A stretch of DNA of 55,878 nt, filler included, from Sluysia triapertura (GCA_046118255.1; 4 parts of 4 records of this genome joined end to end with filler, not necessarily neighbours in it), one strand, 5' to 3'; positions 27,401-39,379 are shown, numbered from the whole stretch's first letter. Translations and numbers: made by a program. The notes: generated from the sequence alone by a model not told the origin.

Positions 27401-29521
27401 AATTATACAGTAAAACATCCATAAAACTAAATGTAATACTTTCTCTAACTGGATTATTTTTGGTACGGAATAGAAATTAGACTCATGTAGATGTATATTT
27501 ATATAACTAAATAAAATACAGCCTACCTTTCATAAGTTGAACTTCACATATGAAACTTTCTCAATGCTTATTTTAGGTATAAAATTGAAATAATTCTTTA
27601 TAATTAGACCAATCAGTAATAAATTATGTGAGTTTCTATGTTCTGCGTGTCTAAATGAAATCAGATATTCATAACATGGATAAGCGACACCCGTTCCCGT
27701 AGCAATTCATCAGATCGCTTATTGACGACAGACGCACCTCACAAAAGTTTCGCTGCATAGTCTCCTGATGACAGCCACAGTTAAATGGTTAATTCCAAAA
27801 TTCCCTTACGATATTAGACTTACCCACTTAAGGGCTAATACGTAAGTGGCGTATAAAAAGCTATTTAGAGGTTATTTAAAAGAACGTTGCTAATCTAGCT
27901 TAAGGAGCTAATGCAGTAGTGTCAAGATTTAGTTCCTGCTTTCTTGTAGTGACAAATTAAAACTATATAATTTTCGTCAGATCTCCGATGAGTAATCTGC
28001 AATTTTTGATTTTATAATTACAAAAAATATTCTAAGTCGTCGATGATATTGGGTTGATTTTATATCTACATAAGTTTTAATCTTCGAAAACGGTGGAAGA
28101 GAATAATTCGTATGAATTCATAAATATATTATGGCAAAACTAAGTAACAACAAGATTATAAAAATGTAATAAGGATATAGAATTTGCTATAATTATACTT
28201 AAAGTATTAATTCTTTTATTCATATTTTAAAAATATATATTACTACAATTCGTTAAATGGTTGAAGGGAAAATATTATAAAGATTTTGAGTAGATTTTGT
28301 GTCTATTAAATTAAGCTAAACTTAAAACAAAATTGACAAACGTGACTATTAAAATGGTTATGTATTGTTATCGCCAAAGAATAAAGTCTTGTAAGATAAA
28401 TAATCGTATCAGAATAATTGTCAATTTTTTTAGTGTGAAGGCAAGACAATTGTGTCACGTTATTTATATTGTTTTTTGACGTGCGTCGATTAAAACAAAG
28501 ATATTTAGAGAATTAAAATAAAGTTATTATGTTAGTCAATTTTTATTAAAGTTTATTTTATCATAAGATTATTAAAATTTAAAATTTATCATATAAAATT
28601 GTTAAAATAAAATAAACTTACATTATAAAATTATATCAAAATATTTAAAATAGTTCCAATTATAAAATATTACATAAATTGTTAAATTATGTATATTATT
28701 GATTTATTATAAATTATTGATTAGCAGACTGTGTATATAAATAAATAGCACACAAAATGTGTGTATAATTTGTATAATTTGACAATAGTGTTTATTAATT
28801 GAGGCTAAGATTGAAGTATTTTTGGATCATATTGATCTCACAACTTTTCTTGGTGTCGTATTGATGGACTTAGAAGAAGAAAAGAGTTGCCGTTAATCCT
28901 TTCACTTATTGATGCGTATACATACTATTAAAATTATTTGGTATTTTGGTCTATAACATTTACACCTTAAGTAAAATTCTGCTTTTTGTAATGAGCTGTT
29001 CGACAACAAAAAGTTTAAATTTTTATTTTCATTAATTTATTTGACATGCTCTGTTAATTTTTCTGGTGATTATATTGTTCTTTATTACTTCTTTTGAATG
29101 TAAGTTATGGTGTAAACACTGTATTCAACTTACAATATTTTAGTATTGTTGTATTCAACTTTTTATCGTCTTTATTCGGATAAGATAGCGATGTTTGTTT
29201 ATATTTTTCAATTTTTTAAAGTGCTTAACCTTAATTTCAATTAACATCATATAATTGACCTATTTTTTTACTTTCCAAGACTATCTTGCAAACAATAGAT
29301 GTTGAGATAATTAACTTTGCTTTAGACAAACTAATAATTTCTAATTATTGTAATCTTTGTCTAATAAAATTTTAGCTGATCCAATTGCCTGGACAGAACC
29401 TGTTCGTATTAGACATGGGTCTACACGATTATACATGTGCTTAACGGATAAATTTCTGATGGGTTTGACTAATAATATTCATGACAGCTCCACAGTATTT
29501 AAGTTTCAACCTGTTAACAAA
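21478..29521 (+). CDS. ITPR: Divergent IP3 receptor/RyR-superfamily N-terminal region (suppressor domain plus MIR repeats), partial. Exons 21478-21564, 21605-21682, 21733-21813, 21847-21953, 22071-22158, 22195-22282, 24112-24219, 29376-29521
   Basis: Eight exons with GT-AG introns splice into 261 stop-free codons. FGDVVQLKHVFSGSYL, FIIVPKYK, GMDLIHFYHQESEAY, TYWEIE and WTEPVRIRHGSTRLY are collinear with ITPR YGNVIQLLHLKSNKYL, FYIQPFYK, GGDVVRLFHAEQEKF, ALWEVE and WNSLFRFKHLATGHY. The first exon(s) and the rest of the channel were not found. Confidence 0.88.
22684..22952. mobile_element. Old piggyBac-type MITE in an ITPR intron
   Basis: TTAA-TCCTTTAG at the left end and CGAAAGGG-TTAG at the right end; TIRs degraded. 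Confidence 0.4.
23000..23950 (-). mobile_element. Possible very decayed hAT transposase fragment
   Basis: Only weak motifs (CSA.. near 23560, VQPSKTR near 23185) in hAT-like order. Confidence 0.25.
24300..25320 (-). mobile_element. Decayed Charlie/Buster-type hAT transposase inside an ITPR intron
   Basis: KLISITTDRAPSTIGKHGGFI (cf. KLVSITTDGAPAMVG) and LHTDIK*LSRAKFLNRL (cf. HTEVRWLSRGKVLxRF). Confidence 0.8.
27770..27850 (-). ncRNA. Spliced-leader-RNA-like structure (alternatively part of an LTR)
   Basis: A long stem-loop contains G|GTAAGT and is followed immediately by AATTTTGGAA (Sm-site-like) and a weak second hairpin. Confidence 0.25.
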
Positions 29522-29552
29522 GTTAGTGTTATATTACTTATACTCCCATGAA

Positions 29553-29602
<50 letters not shown>

Positions 29603-29639
29603 GTGAGAGTGAGAATAAATGAAATGAAAAAAAACTTAT

Positions 29640-29900
29640 TGTGAGTCCACCAACGTACTGGACTTACCGGTTAGGGCCAGCCGTTGGATTTTACTATGTA
29701 AAGTGCGAGATTTACCTAACAAGATTAGTCTTATGTCTGTCTCACTTCTGGAGTTATCTTATACTTATATGTCTTAAGGTTGTCTATATATTATCAAGTT
29801 TTATTCAATTAAATTATTCAACTGTTTATGAAATTTACCAAATCCTATTATATAGGATTAATCAAATGAATTTACTTACTAGAACTTATATTCTAGTTTG
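29640..29900 (+). repeat. TGTGAG-initiated structured repeat, copy 1 (LTR-like)
   Basis: The first ~55 nt are nearly identical to 42940 onward, and later hairpin blocks are also shared. Confidence 0.75.
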
Positions 29901-30719
29901 AAAAAACTCTTTTTGAAAAGATTTTAATAATTATTAATTAATAAAAACGAATGTAGTCTCTTAAAAATTTATTTATAAAAATCAGTTATAATAATAAAAA
30001 TATTAACAGTTTACGTTCAACTAGGTACAACTAGTTGTGATAAATAGAATTTTAAATAATGAAATTACAATGAACCTTTATATGGTTCAATAAAAATTTA
30101 ATAACTTTAAGTCAAATATTGCTAATGATAAACTTGTTATCTTTTCTTATAATAATTTAAACTAACGTGACTGTAAACTGTAAAATTATAAAATTGATGT
30201 TCCTTCTGATTTCCAATGAAAGATTTATAAAAAATTTGTATTATAACTTGTTAAAAATCAATTAGTAAAATGATAAAATGTTAAAATAGTAAACTGGTAA
30301 ATGGTAAATGGTAAAAATAACAGTTTGTTACTTATTATATATTGTTTTAACCTGACCTTGGAAGGCCAAGTTAAAACAAATTGAAAAATAATTAAAAATA
30401 TGAAAACTTTTTATTTTTTGTAATTATTATTTCATTATTATTGTAATTAGGTTAATAATAATAATATTATTATTATTATTGTGGTAATCGCTGTTTACAT
30501 ATATTTGTAATTTTGAAACTTCGATTTACATGATATTTATTAATTAATTTTAAAAAATCATTTATATCTAACTTTGTAAGAAATGTGGAAATAATCAAAT
30601 TTTAATAATAATAGACTAAATTATTGTTTATTATTGTTCAAAGAATGTAAATGAGAAAAAAGACATAATAACTTTATTTTTTTGATTCTAATACACTTAA
30701 ATTTAAATTTTGCATTGCA

Positions 30720-31215
30720 TTACTTGTTTCCTGCGTATGTCTCGTAGTTATCTTCATAAAATTCTTTAGTGTCGTATTCATTAATGGTATAGACTGGAGA
30801 TGATGCCACAGTTTGTATTAAATCACGGATTCTGTGAGGATGTTGAATAATTTTGAATCAAAATCAAAAATGTCTTCGATTTCGAATGCATTATGAGCAT
30901 AAACATTGTTTATGCCGAATCTGACACATTTTCCATTCTTCATTGTACCATATGGACTAATGCCGACTTTAAAATAGCAGGAACCATTGTATGTTTTAAA
31001 CTTAACCATTGCCATACGTAGCTCTGATTGCATCATCTCAATATTCTTTATAAAGGAGTCAGTATCTATGATGAACTTAATATGAAAGTTCTATTTTTAT
31101 TAGAATGTTATAAGATACGTTAAGATAGTTGTTGATGAATAACTTTACTTGACATTCGTGAAACAATTGGGTGAATTTTCTATATATTTTTCTTGAGATA
31201 TTTATATGATCTAAA
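30720..31215 (-). pseudogene. Orphan family 'X' gene with an intron at about 31150-31093, frameshifted near the 3' end
   Basis: ORF 30818..31036 extends upstream to an AG acceptor. It aligns with ORF 36287..36484 (KF..M...L...V.KT..G.C..K...C..G) and with 3200-3650. Confidence 0.45.
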
Positions 31216-32027
31216 GTATATATAAAGTAAAGCCAGTGATATATATTATATCGTCCTTAAAATATTAAACGAACGCCACTTTCTGAAAGATAATCAATCT
31301 TCTTGGTAACTACTGAAATGGAATATTTTCTCGAACTGAGAGTTTAAAAACAAAAATTTTTTTAGAATTCTAGTATTGTGTTAAAAATCTTGAGTAGCTA
31401 TGTCAAAAATTTATCTGTTTATATACTTGTTTTAGTCTGACCTTGGTCAGATTAAAACAAAATATCGGATTAAAACAAAATTTAAAAATTAAAATTTAAA
31501 ATTTACAAAAATTAAAATTAAATTAGTGACGTTAGTTCTTTTTCAAAATTTAATTTTAATAAAATTAATAAAAATTATTAAAAATAAATAAAAAATTCTT
31601 ACATTAATATCCAGTAGAATTAAAAATTGATAAAATTAAAATCCCGTAAAATTAAAAAGTGGTAAACAAATTAAAAATTAACTCAAATAAAGCTAATGAA
31701 TATAATGTCAAATAAATACAATATATTTAATTATAAGTAACAAGAGATAGTTAATGTAAATTTTATTACTATTATTAATAATATTTGTCATTGTATTTTG
31801 TATACGAAAAATAAAAGATTTTTCCCTTGTAATTTCTTATTTATAACTTATATAGTTTTAAAATCGATTAAAGTCATACATTTTAACAGTTTTCAAGAGA
31901 CTAGAATTTAATTATAGCAAGTAAAATNNNNNNNNNNNNNNNNNNNNNNNNNNNNNNNNNNNNNNNNNNNNTTAATTAATTAANNNNNNNNNNNNNNNNN
32001 NNNNNNNNNNNNNNNNNNNNNNNNNNN

Positions 32028-32099
<72 letters not shown>

Positions 32100-33280
32100 T
32101 AATATATGCAAAAATATAAAGGTCACTGTTAATTTTTCTAGTGTATTACATGAATCGAATATATATGTAATTTAGTTTGCTTTGGCCGCAAATCATCAAA
32201 AATAAAAAAATGCGCATCGAGCCAGAATTCAATGACAGATTATTATGTATATATATAGTTTATGTATATAAAAGTAGAAAAATTTTTCATTTGCAGTAAC
32301 AAATAAAAATAAATCTACCAAACTAGATTTAATATAATAATCTATATAATTTAAATTATACTACTATTACTTACTAAATAAACTGGAAAATTAGTATTTT
32401 TCTAATTGATGGTAACATTTTTTTATTAAATTTTATTGATTAATTGCGGATTAAAATAGGCGCAATCGAACAGTAACGCTGTTAAATTGAGTGACGATCT
32501 CAAGCGAAGTTGGTTATTGTTACTATTTTAATTATTTTAATTTAAATTTAATGTGGAGCGTTTTGTTATTAAATATCATTTAATGTCGTTGTTTATTAAA
32601 AGGAGCTCGATCAGCTTTTGATCAATATGATAAAAAGAAACAGGGCCAAGTATCAACTAGTGATTTAGATAAAGCATTACGAGCATGTAGTTTTACAATT
32701 GAAGCAGATACTTTAAAAGAATGGTCGGATTTAATCGATGAAAATGGTTAGTATTTGAATAAATTAATTTGACAAAAGTTATTGAATGAATTAGATAATT
32801 TTTACAAATAATAAAATTTATTGACTCTGTGATAGGTATTTTTAATATTTTTTAAATGTTTTTTCCGATTTAATCATTGTATTTTCGTGGTATATTTTTA
32901 AATATTTGGATAAACTGTATTTTTATAAAATATCTTAAGTTAATACTCATTCAATGATCTATTTAAGTTAGTAATCTCTCTAGTTGAACAAATTATCTAA
33001 TTCACTAAAATAACTTCAAGTATATATCATTATTACTGCAAATAGGCAAAATCAATTGGAATATTTCATTACATCTTTTCATTTTTTTTGCATAGCTTTT
33101 AAACTATATACTGAACTAAGAAATTACAATAATTTGATTTTTTTATGATGTGTACTTTTGACATGTTAACATAAATTGAATAAATCTAGTGTAAAGTTAT
33201 ATTTATGCAAAGTGCAAGATATTGATTAGTTGGAAAGTGTATAATTTTATAAATATGCAATAATATACTTTTTTACTTAA

Positions 33281-33542
33281 CCGTTTGAGTGAGGAAGAAT
33301 TTTCTTATGCATATGCTAAAAGTCCGGGATGAAATGAGTAGTATTTTTTGAGGGGGAAACAATGAAAATAGTTATAATTAACACTAATTGTTATGTATTT
33401 TTTATTTTCACTAATTCCATGAACTCCTTTTTTGCCAATAGCAGCGTCTTCGCATTATTGATACAAAACAAGAAAAGTGCTGCGCCGTATTTTTTGGCAT
33501 ACAATAAATGAAGCGCGATAGCGCTTCGCCGAGCTCAAACGG
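33281..33542. mobile_element. piggyBac-type MITE in the TnC intron
   Basis: TTAA target duplication on both sides; TIR CCGTTTGAG...CTCAAACGG. Confidence 0.8.
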
Positions 33543-34260
33543 TTAAATATAAATCGTATTTTCGTTATTTTCTAAACCAGGAAAGATAAGAAAATATTAA
33601 TTCATTTTAGTGGCCTAACTTTTTATTTTGTAAGTTTTAGCTTTATAAACTTTTAAGCTTATCACTAAATAATGATAATTATATCTGTTTTTTATAATCA
33701 TCTTGCTCACATAGATCTCTTTCATATGTATCTCTTACTATATGTATGTTGTGATTCGCAATATTCATTACCTTTTTTAATACACATCTTAAACTTAAAG
33801 GTTGTAATAACAGTCTCTGATAAGTGTGACAAATTCTAATTCATGTTTTTTACATTCTGCTTTGTTTTACTTCTTGATTTCAGAACTTTTTAAAGATGTT
33901 TCTTTAAAAGCAACTAAAATATTTTTTAAAATTTAACGTAAAAATTATGCTTGTTTATGCGATTTGGAATAATACTTTGTCTTTATAAATTAAAATTTAA
34001 ATGATGTTCACTTATTCCATCAATTAACCAATCAAGAAATTAATTGGAACAAACAGATAAGTTAATCTAAATGATACAACATAAATATTTTCAATAAGTA
34101 AATATTTTGAATAAGTTAAATTCCCAAATTTACATACTTTATCCCAAAAGAAGTTACTTTCCTGAAATTCATTCTAACATATATATACTGGAATAGAGAA
34201 AGAAATATCTCAATCAAGCCTTTCTAGTATGAGTCTTTTTCGATAAAATAGTTAACTTAC

Positions 34261-34610
34261 CTTACGAAAACTTCGTACTATATCTAATTCTTAGCAACAA
34301 AAAGGTAAAATAAAACAGAACAAATGAAGATATGATATAATTGTCATAACATATTTATACTTCCAAAGAAAGCCTTTATCTACATTCTTTTACATATAAA
34401 TAAATATATCTGCTTGTATGACTCTTCTTTTGCTACAATGTTTTCACATGAACATCTTTCCTTTGAAATCGAATTGTTATATCATTTTTCTAATTGATGG
34501 GCATTTTCGACATATTTCTGATATTACTATGTAAGAATTATATTCGGTTTATTGTTCAAGGCCAACGATTTCGAATTGATTCTGATTTGCTTCAACATGC
34601 ACAAAGAAAT
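34261..34610 (-). pseudogene. Possible FN3 plus transmembrane receptor exon remnant, antisense in the TnC intron
   Basis: An AG...GTAAGT-bounded segment reads VEANQNQFEIVGLEQ*TEYNSYI (cf. FN3 GLxPxTEY), with a hydrophobic stretch later. Many lesions. Confidence 0.3.
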
Positions 34611-36219
34611 CTAAAAAAATTCCAATTCAAACAATCAATTTGATGTACAAAAGAAATTAATGTCTTAATACAATGACCATTTGGTTGTTTGAAGTGGGAT
34701 TATAACCTTATTGCACACGATTATCCTTATATCTAGTTATGAAAGCCATTCTTTATCATAATGGTCTATTTAAGATATAATATCTACCTGAATGCTCGAT
34801 ATAATAGCGCTTCAAAATTATGCAGCACAATATTGACCTTGATTTTAATTTTAGTAAAATTATTTCATACTCAAATTTTATTGGTTTAGAAAATCAAATG
34901 AACTATTTCCATTATTTTATTTCATATTTAATACTAATATTTGATTTGTTCTTATATCAATACTATTTTTCTATTTCAATTTTGATATGAACAATTAGTT
35001 TTAAATTGATTGTTTTAATGAAAGATTTTAATTATTAATAAAATTTATATTTTAATATTATAATTAAATATTCTAAATATTCTAATTATAGCAACTGGGA
35101 TGATCGATTTTGATGGATTTTTATTGATAATGGAACGAAAAGTACAGGAAGATACTGACATTCGAGAATTAAAAGAAGCATTCAGAAGTTTGGACAAGAA
35201 CAAGACTGGGAAATCGATGTCAGCATCTTACGATAGATATTGAAAAGTCTACATGAAGATATAACAGACGATGAATTAGATTCTATTATAAAAGACATAT
35301 ATACCGACGGTTCTGGCACGGTCGATTGTGATGAATTTTACAAATTAATGACATCAGATTGAAGAAAAGTATATAAATAAAAGTATCTACCGATTTGCTG
35401 ATATATAATTAAGCATCACAAAACATGAAAATCGTCAGATGATAATTAACAATTTATAAATTTAAATTAGACGATATTATTGATTTTTACGTTTTTTTTT
35501 CGTTTTATTAATATTATCATTATATTGATATTATATTATTACAGGATATTTATTAATTATATAAATATTGGTTTTATTGCTTTTTTGAAATTATTATTAT
35601 TTATAATTATTACCATTATTGTTATTTTAGTACAGATTACATTTTAATATTATTAATACTTTTTTACAATCTATTTACTATTTAAATTAGTAAGTAAGTA
35701 ATTGTATGTAGAAAATGATAGATCGTATTTTTTTGATTTGTTTATGTAAACACAAAAACTGTTTTTTCTGTTTTTCAATATGTTAAATACTTTGTTATTT
35801 ATGTTTTTGATTTTGTTTGTTTATTGTAAACGAAATAGCCTGAGGTTATTATAAAATATATTTTTCAAAATTCCAATTGATATTTATAAAGAAAAAGTTA
35901 AATTCGGTACAGAAATTTAAATTAATTATCTTTTGTAACAATAAAAATTAATTAACTAATAATTCCAAATCATCTCCATATTTTAACAAAAATTTTTTTA
36001 GAAATAAATTGTTTAAATAAATAAATCTGTATTTTTTTATTTTAAATTTGCATACTTCAATGTAATTAATCCAATTAAATTTTGTTTCTATAAAAAGTTT
36101 AATTTAACAATTTAATTTCAAATCGGAGTAAACACAAAGCTGCAAAAATATTAATGACAATTGTCAGATCTGGCTCAAAAATAATTAACTTTAATGTCGC
36201 TGTTTTGTAATTATTAGGT

Positions 36220-36484
36220 AGATATTAGAAAGAGCGCGTAATTTGTTGTTTATGCTGTTGTATAATAAAATGCAGTTGATGCACATATGTATAAATTTAA
36301 TTTGGGTAGAAAATGTGCAAAAGGTTCAAATAATATGATAGACATTGTTTTACAATCTTTTACCGTTGTTAAAACTGAAAGTGGTTGCTGTATTTATAAA
36401 GCTACAAAACATTTTAGTGAAAGAAATAACTGTTTAAGCATTGGTGTAAGAACAGAAATGCAATTAACACTAAACACACCGTGA
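36220..36484 (+). pseudogene. Orphan family 'X' member
   Basis: YKFNLGRKCAKGSNNMIDIVLQSFTVVKTESGCCIYKA..NNCLSIGV aligns with the 30720-31215 protein. Confidence 0.4.
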
Positions 36485-36842
36485 CCGTCAAATTACCGTT
36501 TTTAGTTTTGACTTTATTGATCCGGTCAAGTGACCAGTGATGGTATGAATAGTTATACATCAAACCTTGGTAAGTTTAGTGTTAAATCCAGTAATGTATT
36601 ATGAAAATAATTCAAGGTTGTAAGAGAAAGTTAACACTAGATGAATATATTGTCGTTAATAAAGATAAAAATCAATAAAATAGTTATTTCTCATTGGGTG
36701 AATAAAATGTCAATAAAAGGTCAATGATTCATATATGGAAAAATACTAAACAAGTTAATCAAAATAGAATATTGGCGAAGTAATACTAGCTTCGATCAAT
36801 ACTATATTATTCCAAATTATTCCAAATAATAACTATAATAGT

Positions 36843-37350
36843 GCTAAAAGACCATTGGTAGATAATGGAAGGATAATGTCGGTTTTAAATAATACTGGAG
36901 CAGTAGTATTTTTAATAAGTGAATCTATTTTGACTACTAAATAATGAGACAATATTCTTATTTTAAAGGGATCATTGGAAATGAAGTAGAAATCGTATGA
37001 GTGTTAAAAACATTAAATTGTGTTAACAAATTAAGTGTTAAATTAAATTGAAATAAAATGCAGAGTTGTACGTAAATGTCCAGAAGATATTATATCAATG
37101 TTGAAGTTTGTAGAAAATTTTAAAATCATTTCCGCTTCATAAAACGTGAATTTTTAATTTTGCGTTAGTCAAACCTCACGTAGGAAGAAGAAACACTGTA
37201 GGATTGTACACTGATGTTTTGAGTGAAATCAAAGCCATCAACAGCAACATTCCGAGGAATATGTTTTATTTGGTATAATTATTCTTTCACAAGCGAATAA
37301 AAGTAAAAAAACTAAAAGAATTCCTAGCACGTATGGTAAATACAACAATT
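36843..37350 (+). mobile_element. Decayed Gypsy-type aspartic protease (retropepsin) region
   Basis: RPLVDNGRIMSVLNNTGAVVFLISE (DTGA mutated to NTGA), LKGIIGNEVEIV, and CRVVRKCPEDIISMLKFVENF (cf. ILGLDFL). Confidence 0.7.
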
Positions 37351-39379
37351 ACGTTTGTCTTTTACATTCAAAGAAAGGAATAACATGTAATGAATGTGTT
37401 TAAATATACAATTTATTGAAAATAAAGAAATACGTATTGTAGACAATTTTGTCCGCGCTTGATGATCTGAGCAATTTTTTTCTTGGTAATTCTAAGGTTA
37501 AAGTTTTTTATGAACCTTTATTGAAATGTTTCTACAAATTTACCAATTTAATGTATTTGTAAATTTAAGTATCAAATAAATCAAAATGAATTTGTTAACT
37601 CTTCTTTGATGTTAGAAATAACCTTGCGCATTTCAAATATTCTAGTGAATTCAAATTAAAACAAATAATTTTAGGAATTTATTTTAACTTTTTGAGGTCC
37701 ACTGATGATGACAAATGAGTTTGAAAATTCATCCAATATTACAAATTTAAATGAAAATTAGAAAGTATTTGCCTAGTGGTATAATATGTGTATGTAAAAA
37801 TGTGTATGTAAAAAGTAAGCAAAAGGGTATAAAATTATTATGAAAATTATATAAATTTTAGACCAGATAAAGAAAATATAGTTACAGAAATAATGTAAAA
37901 AGAATAATGTAAATTTTTGTATAAATTCATTATATAATATCGTAACATCTAAGAATTTTTAACGGTTATAAATTATTCTCATTGGATCTATCTATCAACA
38001 CTTGTTTAATTATAAATTTTTCCTTTTTTTGTTGCACATAATATTTGGAAGTCGATTTTAGTTAAACTAGCTTTTTATTCAATGAGGTAGCCGAATAGAG
38101 TTCAGATTTTAAAGTTAAGTAACTTTCATTTGTTATAACAGACACGAGTAAACTTCGACCTTTGGAACTAACATTATTAGTTGAGATTTTATAGCAAAAT
38201 ACTTTCAAATAACTTTGTTTAAGAGGATCACTATCAAGAGTCATAGGCAAAAGTTTAAAAAAAATAAATCAATAAAACAAATATTGATTTATTGATTAGA
38301 AACCGCATTTACTCAATTCGATGGTGTAATCTGTAATTGCCATATTATCCTTCAAAGTATTAGCACATTGCAGACAGTATGTGATGAAAAGCATATAGCC
38401 TGAATATCCGCATATTCTGTTGAAATTATATAAATTAAAAGTGATAATAAAGTATAAATCATTGCTAAAATTTATGAGCACATAAATTCACATAACATGA
38501 ATTAACATCACCTGTCTACAACGGTTGAAAAATAAAAAAAGTGAATTAATTTCATCCGTCCGTAATATTTTTACAATAATGCAGCATTATTTAGATAAAA
38601 TCGAATACTATAATTTCTTTGAAGTATAAAATTCTATTTTCTTTCAAAATATTGCAAATAAATGATGTCATTAAATCTTTTATAAATGGAAACTTTTGAC
38701 AAGACATATTTTAAGTTTTGCGTAAACCTTAAAACAATTCTTAAAATAAATTTCTCAAGAATTTAATACACTTAAGAAAAATAGTAAACGGAAAATGGAC
38801 AAGAAATGTATCTGAAATACATCCAAAAGTAATGAAAGAAAGAAGAGTGGAACTTACTGCATTTAATTAGCCAGTCTTAATTAGTCTAAGTAAGAACATC
38901 AGAGAAATGCAAAAATAAGATGGATGTAAATATAGCTATAAAGCGAATAAAAATATGGCTAGAAACATAATAAAATTGACTATTTTATGCACAAAATTCG
39001 CCATAAAACCGTAAAATTATATGGCATATGAATAAAATTGATTATGTAGTGGAATTTTGGAGATGTGCATGAGACGTATAAATCTATTAAGTTAATAAAA
39101 TTAAAATTTTGATTAAGTTTTAGGAAAATTATGTTTAAATTCTTTTTATCATTAACATAAATGAAAATCTTTGAAATTATTTTCGATATTTCAATTAATT
39201 TATTAATAACAAAAAGTACCCATTAACAAAAAACAAATTTATTGTAACAGTTATAAAATTCAAGACATTTAATAATTATTGTTAAATTTTCGGTCAGGTT
39301 GACCATTGAGTTTGTCTTCGGACATTCTATCATTATTGTCAAATACGAATTTCTATAATAAAAACAATTACGGTTAGTT

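Larger units (their letters stand above)
32232..35362 (+). pseudogene. TnC: Unprocessed troponin C pseudogene, molluscan/lophotrochozoan type. Exons ~32232-32246, ~32460-32508, 32603-32746, 35092-35362
   Basis: AFDQYDKKKQGQVS..KEWSDLIDEN|ATG..ERKVQEDTDIRELKEAFRSLDK..LR*ILKSL..TDGSGTVD.DEF matches scallop TnC as I recall it (KDWSDEMDEEATG, ELKEAFRVLDK, LRWIL). There is a 1-nt deletion at about 35210 and Trp->TAG at 35234. The first two exons are less certain. Confidence 0.88.

Noticed and set aside
27690-27790. Hammerhead ribozyme cores (CTGATGA and GAAAC on the minus strand; CTGATGA also at about 27765, 37702 and 40890)
   Set aside because: Stems II and III and the cleavage triplet cannot be formed properly, or GAAA is missing. 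At best these are decayed relics.
36523-36534. ERE-like GGTCA-N2/3-TGACC palindromes (also about 39292-39304)
   Set aside because: Short motifs with inconsistent spacing and no independent support.
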